Assembly (NCBI GenBank): GCA_051942205.1
Contig: JAVECO010000034.1
Coordinates: 62,001 to 126,000 of the forward strand
DNA length: 64,000 bases
Source: Coniocarpon cinnabarinum
Taxonomy: Eukaryota
Reading direction: 5' to 3'
Shown here piece after piece: positions 11,881-23,484 of this stretch. How positions within the stretch are numbered: the stretch's first letter is position 1; each line of letters starts with the position of its first letter. A program made the translations under genes and the position numbers. The notes beneath the pieces are model-generated. The model saw only the letters and a list, made by a program, of their open reading frames with translations. It was not told the DNA's origin and did no database searches.

Positions 11881-13992
11881 GAGATACTCGCTTTTGTGAC
11901 GAAACAGAGTTCGCTTTGTGACGCTCCTGCTTGATGATGAACAGTGCCTTGCTTGATCTGTGCGTCGAGACCGACGTCCGAACCAGAAGTGGTATCGAAC
12001 GGGATGAATGGAGGCTCTCCCTTGCAATCATCCGGTCCCTTATCTGAGTCCCAGCCGTGCATAATCTTTGGAGAAATTTATGCTACGATGACCTTTACTT
12101 GTGCGTTTTGCGTAGTTGCGTTCCGTGTGCAATATATCGTTAGGGGACTTGAAAGTTTGTGATGTTAGAAAGCGGCTAGAATGTAGCTTCGATTGTCACG
12201 GCTTCTTTTCATCAGCTACATTCATTCACATCGGTCGGCGTTGTAGCGGTTATCCATTGCCCATACATGTGTGCAACTGCCTGTTCGATGTTCTTGATAA
12301 GTCTAGGAAGGAGCGAAATATCTACAAGGCGGCCACTACGCTTGAGGCTATTGGCTACAACATCAGTAAAATATGCAGAATTATACCAAGCAATATCGTT
12401 AGTTGTTCGAGTCGTAAAGGCCTCATAGCGTTATAAGTGACGGACTGACAGCTAAAAGGTAAACGTGATTGTTTGAACGAGTCGCAAGTCTTGTAGTGGA
12501 CGCAATTGTTTTTTCAGTCCTGCTAGCCCATCTGAGCTAGTCTAGCGTTTGAAAAAGCACGAGGCAAGTCACTCTGATTTGTTTGATTCGGGAACCAAAT
12601 TCTGTTCAAATAGACATAACGGCACGCCTGATGAGCGTGTGAGCGTGAGTTTCGAGCCAGAGTGCGATGCGATGCAAGACAACGAGGTGTAACTTGGTCT
12701 ATCCCGGCAGGGATAGTTTAGTACGTTACAAGTTGTCACAGCAGAGATCATGCAGTTCGTCGCATGTAAATATGCTATGAACCTCAAACAAACAGGTAGC
12801 CGTAAGAGAAAAAAGCCTTGTAAATACAGCAAGTCGAACAGACAAAACAACACTAAACAGCTCCGAAGAACAGTTATTTTCTATGTTCTTGCTTTCCTCA
12901 AAAGAGACAAAAGACAATCAATTTGACAGGCGCGAAATCCTCACGCATTTCGTACGCGTCTCTCAAAGACTGATGCGCTAAAGCCACACTGCAAAAGAAA
13001 AGATAATGATGAAGGCTCGAAAGAAGGTGATGCCATACTCAGCTAGTGCATCATCTAGACTGCGGCAAGATTACTCTACTCTTTCAATGGCTACAAAATT
13101 TTGGACTTTCGGCACTTTGATGTGAAGACTTCGTTAGATGCTGCAATAGGAGGATATCGCGAGTTCATACGGTTGTAGTGGTAGGCGGGATGGGATGACT
13201 TTGGATCAAAGCCTTTGCGATTTTACGGCTTGATGAGGTTGAGATCCAGCGAGGTAGAGCATCTTCTAATGATCCAGAGTGAGCATTAAAAAGATGTCAA
13301 GTGTTGGCTTATGGTATTAGTGAGTCCGTTACTGACTGAAAAGGCGGGAGAAAGGACGAAGCACGTTGTCATGAGCGCAGACGGAAGCGACAGCATCGAT
13401 GACGCGAGGGAGGAGGCGTCGTATGGAGGAGAAAAAGGAATGACGATGCGTGACAAGAGCCTGGAGTGCGGTGGCAGAGGACAGGTGCAACGGAACACGT
13501 GATCTCGCAGAGTCGAGGCCATAATGAAAACAGGCTGTCTTTGGTGAGATTTACGAGGAGTGGTAAGTTGCGTATGATAGACGAATGAGAAGAGTACAGA
13601 CAGAAAGAAGTTCAGGTAAGATAGGAGGAGAGCAGACAGTTCAGGAGGATCAATCGGGTTTGTTGGAAGTCAAAGCCTTACCGTAAGTTTGATGAGCAGT
13701 TCTGCAATCAACGATGTGCGTCTTACACTGCAGCAAGAGAAGGCCGCTAAAAGGTAGTTTCAAATTAAGAAAGCTTAGAACTCCATTCTAGTGCACAATT
13801 TCGCCCAAGAGCATAAGTTGACTACTGCAAGACATTTCATTCCGGTTGCCAAATCGCAGCGCGGATGAGGCCGCCTCTGCAAGAAATCTTAATGTCGACG
13901 GCGGTGCCTTGGTCGAAACAGGGCGAAATTTGTTTGACTGTTCAGTCGAGGCAGCCGCATGTGTTCGTGAAGTCCTACTACTTCCCGTGGCA

Positions 13993-16900
13993 CTACCATC
14001 GAATGGAAAGTTTGGGCGGCGTGCGACTTTCGATCAAACATGACGATGATCCTTTTCCGCGTTGTTCGTGAAGTAAAGCTTTGAGCTCGCTTGCCTTCTC
14101 CTTGCAGAAATAGTGATCTAGGTACTGTTCAAAGGTAAGCGGCACCTTTGGGGGGTGGCTTGTCAGCTCGTTGTTGACATTTATGCTTCTCGTTCCGAAG
14201 TCCTCCGCATCACTCGTACTCAGATCACAGTGAGACGATGCTTTGTGATCGTCCAAATGATGTGTTCTTATCACCAATCGGTGGAACCGAACGGGTCGAC
14301 GTGTATCCCCTCCAGCCAGGATGAGTGACCGAACGATGCGAAAGTTTCTCTCCGCGGAGTCATCGGTCCAGTAGCCTCTCTCCATTAGCCTCAAGAAATG
14401 CTCTAGGATCGTCTCGTCCCCCTCAACGACATAGTGCCCAGGAGATGTCCAAGCATAGCGTACGTCATCGACATGATTATTGGGATTAGCGCCGAAGGCA
14501 AGCAAGGTCGAAACCTAGAGGCTCAATAATTAGCGACATAGAGCTCCAACATTCTGGAATACTCAAATGTCCTGGGGAGTGGGCAGAGCGTTAGAACGCA
14601 CCATGCGTTGACGTTGATATCGCCTTGAGGGTCCTATCAGCAGATGTGCAAGCGCATTCGTGGCTGCCTCATGGACAGAAGGATTTGCGCGATTGATATC
14701 TCTCAGCGAAGATAGTCGATAGTCAACATATCGACGTAAATTCCACTGTTGGAAGTCAGATATTAGCAAGCATCTATGTTATGTTATAGCAAAATGAGTG
14801 TTCGTGCAAATATTGCTACTCATATCAAGCTTACCAGGGTCGCTGTCGCAATGAAACCCATCGAACGCTCTTCTGCTTCGAGATCACTTGGAACGTGTTC
14901 ATCACATGCGTCCAGGAGCGGCATACGGTTTGCAGTCCCGTGAATTTCTTCCCGCACGAAAAGGAACATGATTCTTCAAGGCTCAATCTTAGCTAATGCT
15001 CCGAAGTCTAAAAAGAGTGTTGATGTGCGGGATATCGGAATCATCCTATTGCAATTGATTTGCAGAGCATACCTTTCGCGAATAATACTTGAGGCTGAGC
15101 TGGTGTGCATGCTAAAGGGACTTCCTTCCCATGATCTCGTATGCGTAAGCTGCTTCGCGAGAAGTATGTAAGACTGGATCATGGCGCTAGGCACATCAAA
15201 ATGCTGGCTATTCGTTAGCTGAGTCGTAATCGAGCAGTTCAATGAACGATTTGTGACGCAAAGGTGTATGACATCATTGTTATAGTAGAGAATGGCCTTC
15301 CCGTGTGCTTGAGTTCACGCAAAGTCTTTAGGATGGTATGCATCACGCTTGCAAGGACGCCATACCTGCTCACGCCAACCCGACAAAAGCTCTTGTATCT
15401 TTGCTTCCTGCAGGAACTCCGTCACCGTTCGATGAACAGCAACCACTTCGATCCTCACGCAAGACAATTCCGCATGAGCATGAGGATGGTCGCTAGGAGA
15501 CTGCAAGGAGAATTTTCAGTTCTGGTCTCGTCCGAGTACTAAATGAAGTATAATAAGCGTCCTTGTAGCAATTTATTAGACGTACCGGTAATGCGCCGTG
15601 CTTGAACTCAACCAGATCAGTACATCGAGCTTTGATTCGCTCTCGCATCTCCGTCGAGTCGGTCTCGCCCAGATGCATACTGCCAGTGTTGTTCTGCAAA
15701 GCAGAATTGTATCGTCCATCTAGGAGGGTGAACGCACCGATTGGCATATGCTGTCCTTCTGCTGCCGAGCAGCACAAGAGCATACGAGCAGAATCCTCCC
15801 GATAAATCTCCTCAATTGATTCCAGAATGTGTACCAGCATTTCGTGTAGGCCATTAGGGAGCTTTGACAGCCGTTTTCTCAAATCACTAATATTATCTGA
15901 GTTGGTGAGGCCTCTTGCTAGGGACGCTACCACTATATGAACCCAGAGAAACACACCTTGCGCGCGTTTCACAATGCCATCGATCAGTAGCGGCGTGGCT
16001 CTGTCTTTCTCACAAAGTTGCTGAAAGCGCTTGTGGCTCACGAGCCTGTTCTTCACGTAAACCTCAACGTCTTGCTCGGTGTGTTCATGGAGGATGAGAA
16101 TTTTCTCATCGTCACTGCCGAAAGCTTTTGTAAAGACATTCCAGTCTCGACTCGAGACACAGAGCTTAATTCTTGTGTCTTTGCCAAGTTTAGTTAACAT
16201 TGCTGCCAGATCGACGTGGTGCCCTTCAAACTCATCTAGGCCATCAATGAAAAGACAGAATCTGCTGCGGCCATGTTGTGCGTCAACCAGGCGTGTAAAG
16301 CACTGGTGAAGTTCAACTTGATCCCATGACGGGCCCAGAGTCCTATCAAAGTTGGCTGCATTGCTGAACCAGAGACTTGGGATTATGTGCGAACCTAAGG
16401 AGGAATCCTTCCTGCAAAGTTCATATAGTATAGACCGCAGAAGCCCTTCCTGCGATTTTTGCAGACTTGTCCCAAAACCTGCTGAGAAGAAAGTGCCAAA
16501 TGCCAACGTCTTGCCCTCATCCTGCGCCCAGGCAGTGAGCAGCTCTTGCGTCTTCGCATGTGATGCGAGGTATTTCATTAAAGTGCTTTTCCCGCTGCCG
16601 AACTTTCCTGTGATCCAGAAAATACCAGATCCGTGTCGAAGCCAATGAGAAAACCCATGACAGGGTGTATTATGTTGTGATCCTTGAGGTCTGTTAGTAG
16701 CCACATTTAAGAGGTGAATGCCGTTGGTTTGAAGTCAGCCAGACTTAGGTGTTTGATCAAGAAGGTTGCGGTGAGGTTTCACAATAGGAAAAGAGACAGT
16801 GACAACGGACCAGCGTCATCGAATATCCATGCAAAGGTGTCGCTCGCGGCCTCAGCAACGTTTCTCCGGCGAGTGTAAATTTCTGGAAAATACAATCCAG

Positions 16901-17876
16901 CGAGGACATTATTCTGTCGACGTTGCTCATCTGTAGCAGCCACAAGCAAGGACAGAGATTCTGACAGATCTTGGAACTTGTTCCAGTCCTTCTCAGACTC
17001 GCAGACCTGCGCAAGCTCGTAGACAGCTTCACGTTGCTTTTCCTGGATATTTTGGTCAGCACAAGGCTAGCGTACGGCACACGCCGTTCAATTTATGGTC
17101 CTCAAGAAAGTCCCGGAAGCATTCGAGTGTAGAAACAGACACGACAGGCTTACAAGACTTATAGTGCGATCAACACCAAGTACTCGTTGATCATTTGATA
17201 TCTTTCGCAAATCGGTGATTCCTTTGGAGGTGCTGCTGCTGAGTATTGTCAGAGACCTCACGTAAGTACCCAGTAAGTGCAGATTCACCTCATGAGCACG
17301 ATCAGACGAGCAACAATTTGGTCCCTGTACTAGACTTCTTAGTCAGTGTGTCACTCTTCTCGACAGCGAATAATTGTGGAATATCGGGTTCCGGGTGCCA
17401 ATAAAGACCTGCTCGCAGCGAAGCAGAACAAAAAGGTGACTACAGCATAGTGTATTTGGGCAATTGCCTATGTCTACTGACCTCAACTTGAACAGCGATT
17501 GTTCAGTGCTTCGAATCCTTTCTTCCTCCCCTTGTGCCCGTAACACAGCTTTTAGGCTCTGCAACGCCTTGTTGCCCTTTTTCCTATGGACTTTAGCGAG
17601 GGTTTCCAAAAGATCATTGGCAATGCTGCTGGTTTGATCTGCCAGAGATTTTATAGGATCATTCTCCACATTTTTTCCTTCACATTGAGTGTGAGCCTTC
17701 AGCTCGCCACTGAGACTTTGGAGATCCCGAGCGACAATTTCCAGGTTTAAGTGATCCGTGGAGGCGGTTTGAGCTGAGCGATACAATGCTTTAGTCTTGG
17801 AGAGGAGCTTGATGCCGCAATCAACAATGTTAACGATATTAGCGGCCAGGCCCAAGGCACTGATCGGATCGGCCAT
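13993..17876 (-). CDS. Fungal NLR-like STAND protein: HeLo-like/SesA-type N-terminal domain, NACHT NTPase, winged helix, degenerate ankyrin-like C-terminus
   Basis: MADPISALGLAANIVNIVD N-terminus; LYFPEI..R...V..A..DTFAWIF; P-loop FWITGKFGSGKSTLMKYL; Walker B FCLFIDGLDE; KLCVSSR; AQGVFLWV; VHRTVTEFL; LLAFGANPN. Hand parse gives 10 exons joined in frame by 9 GT-AG introns. Confidence 0.88.
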
Positions 17877-18820
17877 TGTCACCTGTGCAACGGTTGCATC
17901 AACAGATCAACGGCGCTGGAATAACTCTACACAGTTTAAAGCTTGAACCCCAATAGTATAGGACTGTAACGAGTTAAAGGTCGTGAAATAGAGTGGGGAA
18001 ACATTATAAACCTCAAGACGTGAACAATGTGCCTTCACTGGTAGACCCTTTTCTGATCTGGAAATGTGTGCTCTGTGGCACAACGAACCAACCTGACGAG
18101 TGATATGTAACCGTGAAGAAGTTATGGACTTTAAAAAGAGGCCGACGATAATCAGCAACTCAAGTGGCGCAATGCACTGCACTTATAAGAATCAGCGGCC
18201 CCAATTCATGCAATCCAAAGCCCAGATCGAGTGGAGGGTCTTCAACGAGGGCCACGCTCTTCCTCGAATGAACGCTCACGCTTGGAGAGCATTCACCGAA
18301 ACATGCAGGGATCCGGTGAGCAAGGCTGCAAGTGCGACAATGCAAGTGGAGAATCTCATAAAATTCTCTCGACTTCTTCTGCACGGTGGCTGATGTGGCT
18401 CCACTGCTGATGCAAGTACCCGAGCCTTCACAACCGTCGTCGATGGCTGTGCTTGCAGCACACGTGACACACTGCAAATGCTTCGACTCATTGGCCACCA
18501 GCAATTAGGATGACAAGAAGCAAATTGCGATGCAGCACGAGTAAATTGCCGGCAGTGGTCGGTTCGAGAAAGAGAAAGAAAACGTGATGCAGATGTAAGA
18601 TAAGGGGAAAGCAAGTAAGATGTCACGTGCATACCAAGTACTAAGGGACACCACCCATCCTCACCCGATTTGAGGTGCAGCAGTCTTAGGGACACGTATT
18701 CATTGTTCAGGATCACATCCTCTGATTTAGACCACCTTGGATATTTTAACCGTCTCAAACTATGTACAATCAACTCATGAAATCATATATTCCTAGCTCG
18801 AAGTGATCGCGTGTAGTCGA

Positions 18821-20245
18821 TCAGGCTTTTGCTAACTCAGCTTCCCTGGCCATCATCTTGGCCTCCCAGTCAGCCGCCATATCTCGCTTAGTCAATGGGA
18901 TAGGGCAGCCTAGATTCTCAAAGATGGGGTTCAGCTTGCTCGCAGCCAGTGAGAGGGTGTCCACTGTAGGTGTGATAATGGCGTTCAAGGCGCTTGGGAT
19001 ACGCTCTGTGGACAGCTGGTACAAGAAGCACGTCACATCTTGTGGGGACGACAGGTTGAAGTTGCCACCTGACGAGGCCAATGAGTCAATATTGGTGTAC
19101 ATGCCGGGACCGATGTTGCCACCGAAGGGCACAGGGTTCTCGTTGTACATCGTGAAGATCTCATTAGCGACGAGCGGGATACTGTAAGGAACCAGTCGAG
19201 TAGTCCAATCATCGGGGATCTTCTCCATCTGATTGAAGCTGAAAGAGCCGTCGGCGTTTTGCTGGGCGCCGAAGAAGCTCGAGATGGTGGGCAGATCAGG
19301 GTTGTAGTCTGGACCCGACGGCATGAGCTCGTACAGGAAGGAGGCAGCGCCGTACAGCAGCAGTGACAGCGGGCCAAAGTAAAAGTTTTCGTTTTCTGCC
19401 TGAGACTGGGTCCAGCGTTGTTTGCGGTAGACGGAGAGGTTCTCTCGGTTGAAATTGCCTTGGCAGGTGTCCTGCATGTAGCCGAAGAGGGTACCGTTGA
19501 AGCTGAAGTCGTCGCCATTATGCGTGAAGAAGTCATTGCGGGTCAATGACGAGTCAGCCTCGAATTTGTTGTGGCCGTCGAGACCCGGCTGGCTGCCTGC
19601 CAGGAGCGGTACAGCAGCTGTGCGCGAGGTTGCGTCGCAGCCGATGGACAGCTTCATGGAGATTGGGTCCCCATCGGCGAGTGTCAGGCCTAGGGCGGCG
19701 AGCAGCACGGCCAGGTCGTAACCAACATTGTACACATTCTGCTGTGCATCAACAAGCTCATTGAAAGTCACAACCCCATCGTGGGAAAGGCTACAGAGTT
19801 CATTAGCAACTAGGGCACACGCCATGCTTCTAAATGTTGATACCTACAAGTTGTGGTTTCTGTGTCTGTCAGCAAAGAAATCCAGCTGCAACTAATACGA
19901 GTTAACTCACGCTGCCGCATTGAGCCCAGGGCAAGGTCCACGAATGTCCGTGCTGTAGTCAGGCGCAGTGAATTGATGCGCTTTGTCATTGGGGTCAGGC
20001 ACAAGGATGCCACCTTGCCCAGCACCCGGTACACCATTGCGTGCGTTGTTGTACGGGTACTCATCCGTGACAGGCGCCGCAGGCTGATGATTTGCATTGA
20101 ACGGGCAGTTTGCTGCGGAACCTGCACCACCTCCAGGCTGCTGCCTCCTCAGCAAAGAGGAATCGACACCTGGCTGGCTGGCCACCCATGGAAAGGCAGA
20201 GGCGCCATTGGCTACAAGCGAGAGCAGCAGAGATCGTGAGTGCAT
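18821..20245 (-). CDS. Secreted heme-thiolate peroxidase / unspecific peroxygenase (chloroperoxidase family)
   Basis: Signal peptide; heme-ligand motif DIRGPCPGLNAAANH; HNKFEADSSLTRND. A 12-nt microexon at 19859-19848 lies between two GT-AG introns. Confidence 0.93.
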
Positions 20246-21370
20246 CTTGAGCGTGGTATGTTGACCTGGTGACTCGCTATATTTGCTGTGTAGCAGGACG
20301 TAGTACTAATATATGCGCAGAGGCTGACCTCTGTGGCTTTCTTGTCTTTGCCTCTCCGCCTCTACTAAGTCGGCTGCGGAGCAATAGTTGGAGCTCGTAT
20401 GCTGTGTGACCACTTGATGTAGCGCAGGATCGCCTCGGTATCTAGCAACGTTGTTACTCTGACCGGCGTGTGGCGTGCATCATGCCCACTTTCGTGGCGG
20501 GAGATCCACGGCACTTGACGAATTGGCAGAACGGCATTACAGCATTGTACAACGACCGACTCAATTGGGCTTACGACTTGCGAGGCGAAGTCAAACGGAG
20601 CAGCCTTGCCACGAATCACACTCAGTGCATTAGTATTGCTAATATGAAACGGGTAGCCAATACGTTGATCGCGAAGGAGCTAGGGGCGCAAACCCATGTT
20701 TTAATTTACCTTTCGCCAGCCACTTGCGGAGATAAGTATTTCGCAAAAAGCCTCGGCCTTCCCATCGTTTCTCCTGCAAGTCAAATCTGGTCTGTTATGT
20801 TTATTACGCGAGCGCCTAGAAGGCACACACCTTTCTTCTACGTTACTGGAAAGTCGGCATGTCGTCCGGCGCACTTGAACGCCTCTCCGCAGAGAGCTTG
20901 ACTTAAGACAGTTTAGCGCCATTGTGCACGAGCCTCAATTTGTTAGCAGAAGGAGATTGTGCCTCGGCGGTCGCAACGCAAAGGGGAAGCCTTGGCCCAA
21001 AGCTCCTACGAGACTGGACGCCACGTTCGTCGTCATAATTAGGGAACTTTAAGCTTGATTTATGCTTCTGCAGAGCTGGGGTAAGGCAAGGATTTGAGCC
21101 AGCCTCAAGGTTGCCAATGCGATCACGATGGGACAGGATTTTCGGACCTTGGTTCCACTCCAAAGACATGGGACAGAGAATTCATTCAGAACACATAACA
21201 GGTCCAGAACATATTAGTAGCTCAATAGCACAATGTCACTCGTTGTGCGCGCTCCGCACGAATCAAGCAGCAGGTAAATCAAACTCCTTCGCTCTTCTGG
21301 TTGAGCTGAGCGCTCGCTACGCGCCTCGGGATATCTTCTCCACACATCACCAGATCGGTCGCTGTTGCAT

Positions 21371-22561
21371 CTACGCAGCCACCTCCTCATGGCGACCGCG
21401 AGCCTCGCCATTTGCAGAAGCTTCCTCCTCCTCGTCTTCGTACCCAGCGTGTTGCGACGCAGGGACCCAGAGGCCGCTTTCCCGAGCCTCGCTGTCTTGG
21501 CCGCTTAAGTCGACGCCTTCGCCCGTGGAGCGAGCCTTGCGGCGTTGGCTGAGAGTGCGGGCGCGGGTGCTCAGCTTGGAGCTGACCGCGGCATTTTGCT
21601 CAACCCAGTTCGTCAGGGCGTCTTCGCAGTCTTGGATAATGCTGCAGGGGAACTTGTTAGCTTCTTTACTGAAAATGAGAGTTTCATAATGTTTACATAC
21701 GCCTTGCTAGCCTCGTATCCATCATAAGCTTGGCGAGTTTCGCCGGGCGTCACTGGTGTATCGTCGACAAGCTCAAGCAAATGCTTGCCATATCCTGCAA
21801 TGATTGCAAGTTTCTCACAGTGTTCGCGCAGAGCATCAAATTGGTACGTGAATGCGGCCTTGAGCTTCTCACGTGTAATGTTGCTCAATTGCGCCTCTGC
21901 CACCAGAGACTCTGCCTCTGCTCTGACGAGCTCCTGCTCGAGCACAACAATCTTGGGGCTGTTTGGTTCCTTGTACTTCAATTGTGCAATCTGGTCGGTG
22001 ATCTTTTGCTTGCGGTCACGGCTGGGTTGGACTGAAGATTCAATGTTGCGAATGGATTTCATGGTGACTCGATATTGGTCGTAGCGGTCGACGAACTGGT
22101 CCTCCAGCTCACCGATCTCATAGATGAGAACGCCCAGCTTGTCGGTGACGTCGGACACGTCATCGTCGCAGGCTTCACCCCAGAGGGAGAGTTGTTGCTA
22201 ATGTCGCACGATCAGACCCACGCTGAGAAGCTGCACAATGTTTTAAACTTACAGCAGACTCCATGCGCTCGCGTCCAACTAGCTCCATACTACGCATGAC
22301 ATTCTTCTCCATCTTCACGAGCTGAGAGAGCTTCTTGGCCAGATCCGGGCCGAAAGCACCGGCAGCGCTTCGGCGGAAAGTGTGGCCTAGGGGACTTGTT
22401 ATCATCGTGATTGCACGCCGTGTCAGCCATGATCAGGACTCACCAATGTTGGCTTTGCCGAAGAGACGTCCAGACTTCGTGGACGAAGCAGGAGGCGGCG
22501 GGTTCTGGATTTGCGACGCCGTTGGAGCGCGCGACTGGCGCATGCTGTATGTACGATGCAT
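21371..22561 (-). CDS. Eisosome BAR-domain protein, PIL1/LSP1 family
   Basis: MHRTYSMRQSRAPTASQ.., GAFGPDLAKKLSQLVKMEKNV, DDVSDVTDKLGVLIYEIGELED and LEQELVRAEAESLVAEAQLSN. Three introns; stop TAG at 21373-21371. Confidence 0.95.
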
Positions 22562-22935
22562 GTTGGGCGATGTTCGTGTGTGCGTGCGTGCGAGACGAAT
22601 GTGGACTCGATGAGAGAGCTTGGGCTAAGAGCGTGGAATATGAGTGAGGGCTGATGGAGGAACACTGGATGTGCGGCAGCAAACAACAGCTGGGATGGAA
22701 AGATACGGGACGTCGGCTTCTGGACCGCCCTTGTTCAGGCCTGAGGCCTGGCTGTTTCCCTGGCAATGATGCACGTGTGGCGCAGGGGGCAATGACGTCG
22801 TTTCTCGCTTTGGCCTTAGTCTCTTCTGTTTTTGGCCAAGCTCCCATATCGAAATCACGTGCAAGATGTACTTTGTCTACAGTAGCGCGCACGCAGACAC
22901 GGCTGGATCTATAAACACTCCAGCACCTTGAGAGA

Positions 22936-23322
22936 ATGGCTGAAGAACCGAACCAACCCGCCGCGCCAACCTCCAAGGACTCCGCGAACCAGTCCGCGGC
23001 CCTCACGAATCTTTCAGACTCCCACGCCGCTGACCCATCGGCAACGGGTGGCCACGACTCCGCCGACACCGCAAAGCTCGGCGCCGCTCTCTCAGGGCTG
23101 TCTGTCGCCGACAAGGAGAAGACCGATAAGAAGGATGCAGCAGAGAAGCAAGCAGCTGCGGCGCCGGCGAAGAAGGTGAAGGTGTTGCCAGAGGACGTCT
23201 CGTACCTCGTGGAGGAGCTTGAGATTACGAAGCCGGTAGCGACGGGTATGTTGAGACGAGCGGAAGGCAAGCGGGAGAAGGCAATCGAGGACTTTGTGCT
23301 CTCCAAGCCCGTCACCGCATGA
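22936..23322 (+). CDS. HYPK-like protein (NatA partner, C-terminal UBA-like domain)
   Basis: Intronless 128 aa; C-terminal KKVKVLPEDVSYLVEELEITKPVATGMLRRAEGKREKAIEDFV resembles the HYPK UBA domain. Confidence 0.75.
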   Translation: MAEEPNQPAAPTSKDSANQSAALTNLSDSHAADPSATGGHDSADTAKLGAALSGLSVADKEKTDKKDAAEKQAAAAPAKKVKVLPEDVSYLVEELEITKPVATGMLRRAEGKREKAIEDFVLSKPVTA

Positions 23323-23484
23323 CACTATTTTTCTCACAAAGGGAGCAATTTTTCAGTTTGGGAAAGACGTTGCACTCTGTGATGGCAAGCATTTAAAGCA
23401 ACATGACATTCAAACTCGTGAACTCCGCATACATCATCTCAATACCTCCGATGGGCAGCACCAAATACCAAACTACGTCATCCA

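Noticed and set aside
13993..17882. NACHT gene as a fragmented pseudogene
   Set aside because: Every break can be explained by an intron with donor, branch point and acceptor that preserves the frame.
18100..18773. ORFs next to the NLR start as a partner effector gene
   Set aside because: No HeLo, gasdermin or amyloid-type motif recognised, and the frames are interrupted by stops.
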